Source: Zygnema circumcarinatum SAG 698-1b (Eukaryota; Plantae; Zygnematophyceae). From it: a stretch of 64,000 nucleotides of DNA. Shown here piece by piece: positions 53,430 to 64,000 of the stretch. The notes beneath the pieces were generated by a model. That model was not told the origin of the DNA and did not search any database. It saw only the letters and a list, made by a program, of their open reading frames with translations. The translations under genes were made by a program, and so were the position numbers. Each line of letters opens with the position of its first letter. The first letter of the stretch is position 1. The DNA lies in the NCBI GenBank assembly GCA_037447605.1, contig CM074808.1:1860001-1924000 (forward strand), written 5' to 3'.

Positions 53430-56400
53430 TCACGATTTCCCGTCTCTCCCATACGCCACCTTTTTATCGGCCTCGTCAGCCCCTCTTTTCAATTCAAAAA
53501 TTGTGCCTTGGTACTGTTGAACTTTGGCTTCCAATAGCTGGTTGCGTTCCTCAAGCTGAATATGCTCCTGCAAAAAGAGAAGGCGAAAAAAAAACCTACT
53601 CTTTTTAGAAATTCTTCCTTCAAAGGATTCAAGGAAGGGAAGAAAGAGCAAAGCATTCCCTCATGCACAGCTTACCAGAAGAGTCGTGTTAAAACAACAA
53701 CCCCTTAATATAAGTTTTATCTATTTTTAGCCCATTTCAAAACAAGACATAGAACGATAAAAGAATTGACTTTTACCACTTTTGCTTGTTTTGTCGGTCC
53801 TTCAACCATGGTTGCATATGAGGCCTCCAACCATTTAACAAATTTCTTTTGTGGATCGAGCCTCTTCATATCTTCCACTCGTGCCATGTAAGCGTAAATG
53901 CTCTGTTTACCATCCTCACTGATTAATTTGCGCTTTCCAATTTGTTTTACCACCTCCCACTCTTTCAACCCTCGCTTCGTCTTGACCATCTCCTCTTGCA
54001 ACTTTACTGCTTGAAGATACCCCTTTAGTGAAGGCGCAAACTGCACAAAATTGACTCCCATATGACCATCCCGTCCATATCTCGCTTTTGCATTCACCAC
54101 ACTGTAGTCTCGAAACAAAGATTTTATGTCGTCATTAGTAAGGCCGACATATGACTTTGTCGACTCATCTATCGTTGTTTGAGTATTCTTTACAAGCACA
54201 GCACGAGGCCAAACTATATGGTCATCTTCAGCGCGCTTCACATCGGCTCGGTCTTCCGGCTTTTTGATTGTCGAGGAATGGCCTGCACATATGGTTTCAA
54301 GATTTAGGCATTTTTAGTTTCGTGATAAATCACATATTGAATATAAGAAGGGCCCAACAAGCTTTCTTTAGCCAACCAACCACACAGTTTTATCATGACT
54401 TCACATGAGAGCAGAGTAATAAAAAAAACAAGCACAGGAACGAACAACATTGAAAGACCAGTTTCTAATTTTGATTTCTCGGCACAATCACAAAAAGAAC
54501 GCTACCAAGAGCCTTATCAATTTTATGCCCATATTGAATGGCACAATTTTTCCTCACACCTAGCAATTGAACTTTATTCAGTTCTTAAGTTCTTTTAATT
54601 CAAAAAAGGAATAACGACAGATTACAATAAAGCCGAAAGAGAATTTGGGTGTATTTTTGTTATCCAATAACTTACCACGAAACTCTCGAAGGGCCAAATC
54701 CAAACTACGATGACGTAATCTTTTGGTTCCGCTAGTCACTGCATGCTGCTGTAGCCCCTTCAAACCGATAATTCTCTGAAAAAAAAGAGGGTGGTGAAGA
54801 GTGAAGGAGCGAGAGAGGGAGGGAGGGAGGGACCATAAAAAATCTCATCATATAAAAAAGAAAAAGCGGCTCATAAGCTAAAGAGTAGCGTAGGCTTCAA
54901 CCGCCTCAATTTCGATTGCTTTAGAAGCTCAATCTTGAAAAGGGTCTATGCAGTTGTAAAATGCCAGAGGAGAAAATATCGAAGTGGCCAGCACAGAGAG
55001 AAACAGAAGGGTAGAAAAGGGAGTGACTACAAAGTGAATTCGAAGCTCCTCGCCCATCTCTAAAGAATTTGCGATTTTGCGATTAGAAAATAGCATCCAG
55101 GATAAAATGACTCCCAAAAGTACACAAACTCTTTCCTAACCCGATCTCTAACCCTAACCATAAGATGCATCCAAACCTCAGCTTACCATGCGGCGGCAGG
55201 CAGGACAAGTCACTTTCGCAAGGTTTTCAAATTCACTCTTGTCACTGCTCTCCCATCTCTTGCGAATCTCAATCGCATACTCCTTTTGCAACTTCTGTAT
55301 CAACCTTAAATTCTTCTCCTTTTGGTCTTCGTCTTCGAAGTCACTGTCATCATATTCATTATCTTCGGAGTCATTTTCTCCATCACTTGCATCCGCAGCA
55401 TACTCTCTATTCTCCTCCGTTACTTGAACCTTCTGCTCGCGGATCACCTTCCCATCCTCTACGTCTGGTGCAGGCCGCGCATTAAATCCAGGAGGGAGTG
55501 AAGAGTGTCACGGCTGAAAACCGCCTCTTCAGCCTGCGCGGAATCACACACCAGCACTCAGCAAAACAGAGTTCAGATTGAGAGGGATTCAGAGAGAGAG
55601 AGAGCTTCAGAGTGGGGAGCAGCCCGGGATGGGCGTGCAACCGTATGCCGGTACGTTGGTTGAGTGACGACAGTCACCCTCGCCCCTTTACGCTTCCCCC
55701 GTTGAACCTCCTACCAGCATGGAGGATTGGAAGCAGGGCTGTCCAATGGCAGACTGCCACGTGTCCCTCTCTGACTCGAATGGGTCAGAGGAGTACAACG
55801 TACGAATGCTCGCCGCATTCCGCGGCGCGCGCCGCGACGCGACGCGCCGCCGTACGTCGGTGCATGGTCGGATCCTACGCGCGCGGCGCGGGGTCCGACT
55901 GACAGTCCGTCCGTACCAACGGGTAACCGTTATTGTACGGACGAACGGAGAAGTCCAAAAGGGGGATCCGGGCCGCGGCCCGAGATCCAATCGCGAGACC
56001 GGATTGGNNNNNNNNNNGCCCATGACATTGAGGATAAAGACATGCCAATCACCATTCATCACTACATCCATAAACCCAGAAGGAGTCACTACAGTGGCAG
56101 GGGAGAGGGAAATGGAAACAGGGAGTGCATCAAACACAAAGAGATCGTGCATTCCCAAAGGTCTGCCAACCAATTTAAGAATGTCAGGGTTCTAAGAACA
56201 AATGTCCCACAGACACGGCAGCGGTCTCCATCCTCCCCACAACCTAGCATGTCCACCAGCAACGACCCCTAAGCTGCTGGTGGGTTGGGGTTTTGCGGCC
56301 CCTTGCCCTTCTTGTCCTTGGCGTTCAGAGGGCAATCCCGGGCCTTGTGCCCCTCCTTCCTGCATCGGAAGCACTTATTCTCCCGCTGCATCCGCTCCAT

Positions 56401-58558
56401 CTCTTCCGGGGTCAACTTCTGTGGCCGTGCAGGGGGCTGGGCGGGCAACAGTTTCCGGCTGCTTCCGCTTGTTCTTTCCTGCCGGTTGTGGCGAGGAGGC
56501 GAGTCGCCTTCCACGACCTGTCCGCGTCGCCCGACCTACGCTGGGGTCGGGGAAGGGCTACATCGCTGCGAGGCGGCGTCGACTGAATGGTACATCAAAA
56601 GTGCGACTCGAGTCGGCCGAGTCCCGGTTTTGAGTCCGTGGGTTGGTTCATGGCTGCTTCCTGGTGTGGCTTGAGCCATTCTGAAGTGGAAAAAAGGAAC
56701 TCAGCTTTGTCAGGAGCTTGTGAGGTGGTGATCACGAGAGGCACCACCACTTGTGGCAGTCTCGCGAGAAAGCGCTTGTGTGCCGGTTTTGGACCATGTT
56801 GCGAAACTTTTATGGGGCACTCCCAGGGATCGAGAACTTAAAGTGTTTGATAGGGTCATCTCACGAACTTATCCCCAATGCGTCCCAATGTCATCGAGAG
56901 GCCTTCATACACGGTATGCGGCTCCTACGAGTCTTTGGAGTAGCAAAGCACTTACCCCGGAGGGCAGGTTGGTGTAAGAATGGCGAACTTTGACCCAACC
57001 AGCTGCTCAATTGGCGGTCAGAGTAGGATGTTCGCCCCAGGCGGGGGCCGCGCGGCGTGCAGTGGGGCATCCCTCGACCGATTCTTGAAGACGGTAAGAG
57101 GTTCTCCCTCGCCCCAATGGCCCCTTGCCCAGCAGGGTCCCCTTTCTTGGGTGGTTACTTCACCAGGTGAAGTGACTTCCCCGATGGAAAAACGAGTCGG
57201 ACGCCGGTACGCCGGCAGCCGATTCAAGCGCCCGTGCAGCGATGCTACAGCGGTGGTGTGCTAACCCTTCCGGGGCCTAACTGCGTCCGCTGCCTCACGG
57301 CTTGAGGGGGTTCGGGGCATACCTTCCTCGATCTCGGGAGCACGTGAGCCGGCGAACTCCATTTTGGAGGCATTATCCACTAGCGGCGGGCCGTGAGGAA
57401 AGCTCCGTATGTCCACCTGCCTAAATGCGAGGCCACTTCAGGTGGCGGCGGCAGCCTAACTACCCATCGCTCCGTTGGTAAGTCTCTCTTCTTCATCTTC
57501 AAAAACCAGCCTGCAAATGTGGGCGTCGCAGGGAACCGAAGCGGATTCACGCCGAACCAGCAGCTCCCGGTAGCGAAGAGGTAGCGGGCAGGTATAAGGA
57601 CTCTGACACCCCGGTCATCCATTGGGCTCGGGCCCGGGCACCTCCACTTAAAGGGCGACGCTGATCCCGAGTTCACACCTCATCACCTGCGTCGAGGGGG
57701 CGGTGGTGGAAATGGCGGCAGGGCCGGGGCCCCGGCGGCAGTGGTCACCATGACCCCGCGAGGTTCTCTGTCAAAGAGAGGCATATGGCGGCTGATACCA
57801 ATATCGCGGTGAAAACCGCCTCTTCGGCTACTTGTGGAATCACCGCACCGGCCTCGGCCATGGGGTTGATTGAGGAGGGATTGAGGAGAACCCCGAGTGG
57901 GGGCGGCCGGGATGGGCGTCACAACCCGTATCGCGGTCGTTGGTTGGTGACGGCCCGGTCACCGCCCGCTGCGCTTCGGTTGAACCTCCTACCGGCCTTA
58001 GGTTAGGCGAGAACGTCAATGTGACGCCACGTGTCCTCGACTCGAATGGTGGAGGCCTGCTGACTCTGAAGATATTTCGCCGCATTCCAGCGGTAGCGCG
58101 CTTGACGCGACACTTGGCCGTCACGTCGGTGCATGGTAGGATCCTCTGGCAGCGGCGGTAGCGGTCAAGCTGACGATCGTCCGTACCAACGGGTAACGTT
58201 ATTATGCGGACGAGCGGAAGTCAAAAGGATCGGGCGCGGCCGAGATCAATCCTTGAAAGGCAGTTGGTCGCGTGGTCTTGAATTAGTCCCGTGATCCTCC
58301 TCTGAGAGGAGGGACCTTGGCGATGACGTGGGGCCATATAGGGTATAATGGCGGCGGGTGAACCGAGTTCTTACGGTTGAACCTAGGACCTCCTTCGTCC
58401 TATAGGGTATCCGATGCCCTAACCGTTAGATACTGCATTGGATGGAAACATAAAGCCACGCCGGGCTCTAAGTAACCCTTCCCCCTTGGGGTGACTGTAG
58501 CGTTTCGCTACAAAGAGTGACTACTGGAAGGCCGTTCAGAGTGGTGGTGGGAATTCAT
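53430..58558 (-). pseudogene. SGS3-like gene (acidic tract, zf-XS, XS domain, short coiled coil) disrupted by an LTR element
   Basis: ATG at 58558, MNSHHHSERPSSSHS joins in frame to SLPPGFNARP after removing 55506-58512 plus one TSD. Then acidic DDSDFEDED, TCPACRRM, GLKGLQQHAVTSGTKRLRH, and XS domain DHIVWPRAVLVKNT...KARYGRDGHMGVNFVQF...GYLQAVKL...IYAYMARVEDM. Confidence 0.82.
55506..58512 (-). mobile_element. Ty3/gypsy-like LTR retrotransposon with a degenerate gag (pol not visible; N gap at 56008-56017)
   Basis: TSD AAGAG (55501-05 and 58513-17); 5' LTR about 57802-58512; PBS TGGTATCAGC 57791-57800; frameshifted gag 56269-57785 ending in the CCHC knuckle CFRCRKEGHKARDC; 3' LTR from 55506 to the gap. 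Confidence 0.85.
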
Positions 58559-58589
58559 GAGCTTGCGATTGTCCTGAAGAGTAAGAGAC

Positions 58590-58765
58590 AGAAAGAAGAG
58601 GGAGAGGGAGAGGGAGAGGGAGAGAAAAAGGGAGAGGGAGAGGGAGAAGGAGAGGATGAGGGAAAAAGGGGGAAGGAGAGGTGGAGGTGGAAGGGGAAGG
58701 GGAAGGGGAGGGAGGGAGGGAGGGATGGGGAGGGAGGGCGAGAGGGCCCGGGGAGGGAGGGAGGG
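58590..58765. repeat. GA-rich low-complexity tract (polypyrimidine intron end upstream of the SGS3-like ATG on the minus strand)
   Basis: GAGGGAGAG-type repeats; the minus strand reads ...ctcttactcttcag-GACAATCGCAAGCTCATG. Confidence 0.65.
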
Positions 58766-58827
58766 ATTTTTAGCGGCTACCCTTTGTCAAAGTACAAATA
58801 GAGCTATTACGTAGAGCTGTTATTAAT

Positions 58828-60039
58828 GGAAAATTCTATTCTCACATAACGCAAACTTTCATTGAACTCGCGATGGCGAGGCCATCAAATTTACATGGAT
58901 AAAGGCAAAATGTGGAACCACGAAGGACTGGTCACAAAGGACCGAAACACAATAAAACGAAGCTAGGAGCGGAAAACTACGCCTAGGCACAACAATGCAG
59001 CCCTAGAAGCAGCCGCGAAGGTCACCGATGTGAGGCACGTCGCGTCGGCACGTCACGTATTCTCACACCTTTTTTGTCTACACACAGGCCTCCTTTCGCC
59101 GGGCAGATTTTAAAATAGCACAGAAAAAGAACACACCTTTCACCTTTCACACCTTTTTTTCACACCTTTTTGAAATCGATACACACCTTTCTCCATCGGG
59201 CAGATTTTATCCCTTCTTGTTTTCATAGAAAAAATGTCGGCCTACTTAGAATCACTTTCGGGCCCGAGGAAGATCCGTCCATGCGAGATGGATTGGCGGT
59301 GGTAGATCAACCTTCACACGTCACCGAGAACTATACACCCGTCGGTCCCCAGAAGCCCGGATCACGCCCGCGGCCGATCGCGGATTACCGATGCGGCGGC
59401 GGGCTTTCGATTCAGCGAATGGCACGCCCGTGTCCCCACCCGAACGGCTTCGAGGTCGAGTACACCTTTCGTGCGGTCGCGGCCGAGGAAAGTCCCCAGA
59501 AATTTCCCTTATATTCGCGAGCTTGAACCAATCACCACGCGCGTGCTCTTTGGGGCGTGTGGCTGGCGCTGATGGTATAGGCACTAAACTTTAAGGTAAT
59601 ACGTTTTTGACTTCACCGAGCTGCGAGATATCTGCTATGCGGTCCTTGGAAGCGACTTGGATGGGACCGTGGGGCAAGCCGGCTGTTGATGAGCGGTGAT
59701 GCGCTCATGATGGGCCTCGCGTGGTATCGGCGGCCCGGTATTACTGCGCGTGTGAAGGGCGGCCACCCTTGAAGAGCGATCTGCATTAGCGGGCCCGGAT
59801 CTTCAGCTCCGGCGGTCCAGCGAGCAGATATTTTCTCACAACAAATGATAAGGAGTAAAATCTGCCAGCAGGTCTCCGCGGCCTCGGCCGCTCAGGACTA
59901 GTAGCGTGTATCGATTCCAAAAGATGTGAAAAAAATTAAAGGTCAATGAAAACCAATGTTCCTTTGTTTTTGTTTTCTGTACAAAATCGCCCAGCAAGGC
60001 TCTATGTGTAGACAAAAGGTGTGAGAATAGAATTTTTCC
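58828..60039. mobile_element. Non-autonomous Mutator-like (or hAT) DNA element, about 1.2 kb
   Basis: TIR GGAAAATTCTATTCTCAC...GTGAGAATAGAATTTTTCC, flanked by an 8-bp TSD TTATTAAT (58820-27 and 60040-47). Confidence 0.75.
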
Positions 60040-60876
60040 TTATTAATTGGGGGCGACTATTTACAGTGTACGTTTTTCTGAATGTAGTGTACGATTTTAA
60101 GCGGGGCAGCAAAAAGGTTTTTTTGGCGAAAATGCTGTTTCACACTTCTCGAGAATGAATCTGAGACCTTTTTTAAATTGGATGCTCTGGATGGTTATTT
60201 AGAAATATGCGAAGCGTAGCGTCTAGTGCTCTGGCACTTAACCGCGTGGAGAAGCGACATGATTGGTGGCGGCATTATATGGCGTGACAAGAATGTTGGA
60301 ACCGTGGCGTGACGAAACAGGCGCGACAAAGTGGAGTCAGCGAGGGCGGAGTAAAGCGGCCGGTTTATTCTGAAACATCTTCACGTTATGTGCCTATCTT
60401 TTTGTCAGTTTTGAATTCCGCCATTTAGGCTGCCCGTCGCGGATTCCACTTTTGGCGTCTCTTTTGCGTCAGCGCCGCGATTTAAACATACTTGTCGCGT
60501 CGTATGTTGCGCGGAGCCAATCCTAAGCTCCATGCGCTCCCTTATACCTTGTAGGCAGCAGCGCTAAGCCCATTTAATCACCATCCGACGCATCAGCGAA
60601 AAGTCTATCTGTGCGAAGGTGTGAAACAGCATTTCGCCACTTTGCCGCCAGCACTCGACAATTAAGCTAACTGACCAACTTACCATAGCGTTTGGGGCGT
60701 TGTCAGCGAACCATTCCAAAATACTTAGCATTAATGCGCTGGTTTGAAGCAAATCAGGCTACATTGCGGTTTACCAACACGCACCGGTACAAACATGCGT
60801 TTGGGCATGTCAACCGACAATCACAATCCCGAGATTACGAAAATCGTAAAAAAAAAAACCCACATCCTCATCCAAT

Positions 60877-63121
60877 AGGGGGTGTCAGACTTAAAAAAAT
60901 TCAGTACGCGTGTTCGTAAGTTTGACATCAGAACGAGTACTCCAGTATAATGGCGATCCTCTGCGGTAGTCTTTTCGTAACCTTTTTTCGTATAAACTTT
61001 CATAAGATTTTTGTTAAATTCGACACCTGATAGAGTGATGTCAGGACTTAAAAGTCATGTACTAAAACTTCGATATTACATTAACATTTGAATTCAGCAC
61101 GTCGATGGCCCAAAATTCTGGCGTAGTTTTTGCACTCGCTTGTGCCGGTCTTTTGTTAAGCACTCGCGTCGCCCGTCTTCGCGCACTTCTCAACGCGTCT
61201 TACGCCTTAAGCCCTGTAGCGAACCCTGGGAACTTAGAAGCTTGGCCGCGTGGCGGGGGAACCGCTTTGTCGTTGTGTGGGTGTTGCGTCACGGGCGGGC
61301 GCGAGCGTGAAGGCTTGGGAAAACAACGCCATGGCGTCCGCGTTGGCCTTGATTTTCGCCAGTGTTTTCTTACGCTGCGTCCATTTGGCCTCTCTTGGGT
61401 GCAAACAAAATGCGTCGCGAAGAAATGCAATTCGATAAACCCCCACGGGTCAATCTTCGCAACGTTGACCCGTTGACTTATACGATTGACTTCCGTTCGG
61501 TTGGTTTAGGTTGGTAGCGATGATTTTTAGTACTTAGTAACCTCGATTCTCGTAATACTAAAAACTCAATATTCGTAACATTTTGTTAAGTCTGACACGC
61601 CCTAATAGGGGGTGTCAGACTTAAAAAATTTCAGTACGCGTGTTCGTAAGTTTGACATCAGAACGAGTACTCCAGTATAATGGCGATCCTCCTGCGGCGG
61701 AGTACTTTCGTAACCTTTTTTTCGTATGCGGCTTTTACGTAAGATTTTGTTAGAGTAGAATACTTATTAGAGCATTAATGGAGACTTAAAATTACTCGTA
61801 ATACTAAAAACTCGATATTGGCTGCATTTAGAGTCAGCGTCAGTAAAACTAAATTCCTGGCGTAGTTTTTTCGCTGGTAGCGGTCCTGTTGCACTCCCTT
61901 GATCGCCGTCTTCGCACTTCTCCAAGCGCGTCATCGCCGCCTTAGCCCTACGTAGCGGCCCTCGGACTTAGAAGCGGCCGCGTGGCAGCATGAGGAGCCC
62001 GCTTGTCGTATTGTGTCGTGTTACTTGCGCGTCACGGGCGGCGCGGCAGGCGGAAGCGGAAAACAACCATGACGTCGCGTTGGCCTTGATTTTTAAGCCA
62101 GTGTTTTACTTTATACGTCCATTTCGGTACTCTGCTTGGGTGCAAACAAAATGATGCGAAGAAATGCAACCCTACGGGTCAATCTTCGCAACGTTACGGC
62201 CGTTGACTTACTTACAGTTGACTTCAGGTCGGTTCGGTTTTGGAAGGTTGAGGGCCATGATGATTTTAGTGCCAGTAACCTCGTTCTCGTATTACTAAAA
62301 CTCAATATTCGCTACTGTTAGAAGTCGACCACTAATAGGGGGTGTCAGACTTAAAACTTCGATGCAGCGTGTTAAGTAAGTTTGACATCAGAACGAGTAC
62401 TCCAGTATAATGGCGATCCTCTGTAGAAGCCGGTACTTTCGTAACCTTTTTTCGTATAAACTTTTAAGTAAGATTTTTGTTAAGTGACACCCACTGATAG
62501 AGTGGCCAGACTTAAGGCTCTCGTAATACTAAAAACTCGATATTACGTGGCACATTTCAGAGTCAACGTCCCGATAAAACTAAAATTCCTGAGCGTAGTT
62601 TTTGCACTTTCATGGCCTTGTCCTGTTAGCACTCGATGCGTAGATCTTCGCGCTACTCAAACACCCGTCTTATGAATTTAAGCCCCTGGCGAACCCTCGA
62701 ACGGTACGCCCGTGGCCCATGTATGAACGCCGCTTTGTCGGTATTATTAGGTGTTCTTGGCGTCCGCGGGCGAGAGCGCTGGCGCGAACCGGGAAGCGGT
62801 AACCATGGCGTCACGTTAGCGATTTTTCGCCAGTGTTTTCGCCGCTACGTCCATTTGGCGCCTCTCTTGGAATTTCAAACAAAATCATCACGTACATTCG
62901 ATAAACCGCGGGTCAATCTTCGCAACACGTTGACCCGTTGATAACACAGTTGACTTCCGTTGGTTCGGTTTAGGTTGAGCGCGATGATTTTTTAGTACCG
63001 TAACCTCGATTCTCGTAATACTAAAGGCTTCGATATTAAATCAACATTTTGTTAAATTCGACCGCCCTAATAGGGGTGTCGGACTTAAAAATTCGATGCA
63101 GCGTGTTAAGTAAGTTTGACA
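60877..63121. repeat. Tandem array with ~730-bp period built from TGTCAGACTTAA MITE-like units
   Basis: AAT-AGGGGGTGTCAGACTTAA restarts at 60877, 61607, 62337 and 63072; the first ~150 bp of each unit matches 23245-23403. The array runs into a 100-N gap. Confidence 0.85.
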
Positions 63122-63221
63122 NNNNNNNNNNNNNNNNNNNNNNNNNNNNNNNNNNNNNNNNNNNNNNNNNNNNNNNNNNNNNNNNNNNNNNNNNNNNNNN
63201 NNNNNNNNNNNNNNNNNNNNN

Positions 63222-64000
63222 ACGGCTATTCCTCTCTCGGCCTCAATGGGTCGGTGAGTACAACGTACGAATGCTCGCTTCAGGCTCAAGGGCTGGGCGC
63301 CGGGCGATTACGCGCCGCCAGACGTTGGTGTACGGGTCGGATCCTACGCTACGGGGCGCTGGGTCCGACGATACCCTGGCCCGGTACTTCAACGGTAAAT
63401 CAAGTATCAGACGGACGCAACGGAGAAGTCTGTGCGGGGATTCACCGCTGCCCGATCCAATCGCGAGACCGATTGTCCCGTGGTGCCGCGAAGTTCGTGA
63501 TCCTCTACGCCGAAAGAGGCAAATCCTTTTGGCCGGTGACGGGGCCCATAGAGATTATAGGCAGCCCCTCTAATGGGTGAAATCCGCCAGCTTCTTACTT
63601 GCTGAACTCTAGGACCTGCTGCCCTATAGTAGGTATCCATGCCCTAACAACCGCTAGATAATGCATCGATGGAAACATAAAGCCACGCTGGCTCTGGTAA
63701 CCTTCTTGGGGTGATCAGAAGGCTTCGCTACAAAGAGTGACTACCGGAAGGCCGCTCGTGAGTGGTGGTGGTGGGAATTCATGAGCTTGCGATTGTCCTG
63801 AAGAGTAAGAGACAGAAAGAAGAGGGAGAGGGAGAGGGAGAGGGAGAGAAAAAGGGAGAGGGAGAGGGAGAAGGAGAGGATGAGGGAAAAAGGGGGAAGG
63901 AGAGGTGGAGGTGGGAAGGGGAAGGGGAGGGGGAGGGGGAGGGGGAGGGGGATGGGGAGGGGGAGGGGACGGGGACGGGGAGGGGGAGGGGAGAGAGGGA
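63222..64000. repeat. Direct duplicate of about 58000-58765 (gypsy LTR end, SGS3-like 5' end, GA tract)
   Basis: The same junction CGCTACA-AAGAG-TGACTAC and GAATTCATGAGCTTGCGATTGTCC recur after the 100-N gap. Confidence 0.8.

Larger units (their letters stand above)
49698..54017. repeat. Large imperfect palindrome centred at 52194
   Basis: 49698 TCTTCAAGCAGTAAAGT pairs with 54001-54017; homology continues to a ~5-nt loop at 52192-52196. The left arm also carries a solo LTR and a ~24-bp deletion. Confidence 0.95.

Noticed and set aside
58517-58801. Glu/Gly-rich ORF
   Set aside because: It is the translation of a GA-rich low-complexity tract on the non-coding strand.
59878-59902. Helitron 3' end (GCGGCC-TC-GGCCGC hairpin + CTAG-T) closing a giant 28-60 kb Helitron
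   Set aside because: It lies inside the TSD-bounded MULE-like element; no matching 5' TC end or Rep/helicase was found.
63222-64000. Real segmental duplication of the SGS3-like 5' end
   Set aside because: It follows a 100-N scaffold gap, repeats the identical insertion junction, and differs mainly by indels. A redundant contig overlap or haplotype is more likely; long reads are needed.

Overview
Eukaryotic, intron-rich streptophyte DNA (charophyte alga or early-diverging land plant; the species cannot be determined from the sequence). About 1-27 kb is gene-dense: an atypical MAPK-like kinase (5' end missing), HINT4, SELO, an HI0933-family flavoprotein, a mitochondrial dicarboxylate carrier and a conserved unknown protein. 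About 27.4-64 kb is a transposon-rich island with many N gaps and some apparently poorly polished stretches. The island holds: (1) a 447-bp TRIM whose 132-bp LTRs carry a tRNA-derived (Pol III promoter-like) module, plus a solo LTR of the same family; (2) a gag-bearing Ty3/gypsy-like element that shares the TRIM's first 15 nt and its iMet primer site, making it a candidate helper; (3) nested, tandem LARD-like LTR elements, some with an antisense copy of their own PBS; (4) several solo LTRs with verified 5-bp TSDs, three DNA-transposon derivatives and a ~730-bp tandem array built from MITE-like units; (5) a ~4.3-kb nearly spacer-less diverged palindrome containing an SGS3-like (zf-XS/XS) gene and an RPA-like OB-fold gene; (6) an intronless F-box/LRR pseudogene that can be fully reconstructed. 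No rRNA, functional tRNA or CRISPR array was seen. All family calls come from motif recognition by eye, not from database searches.
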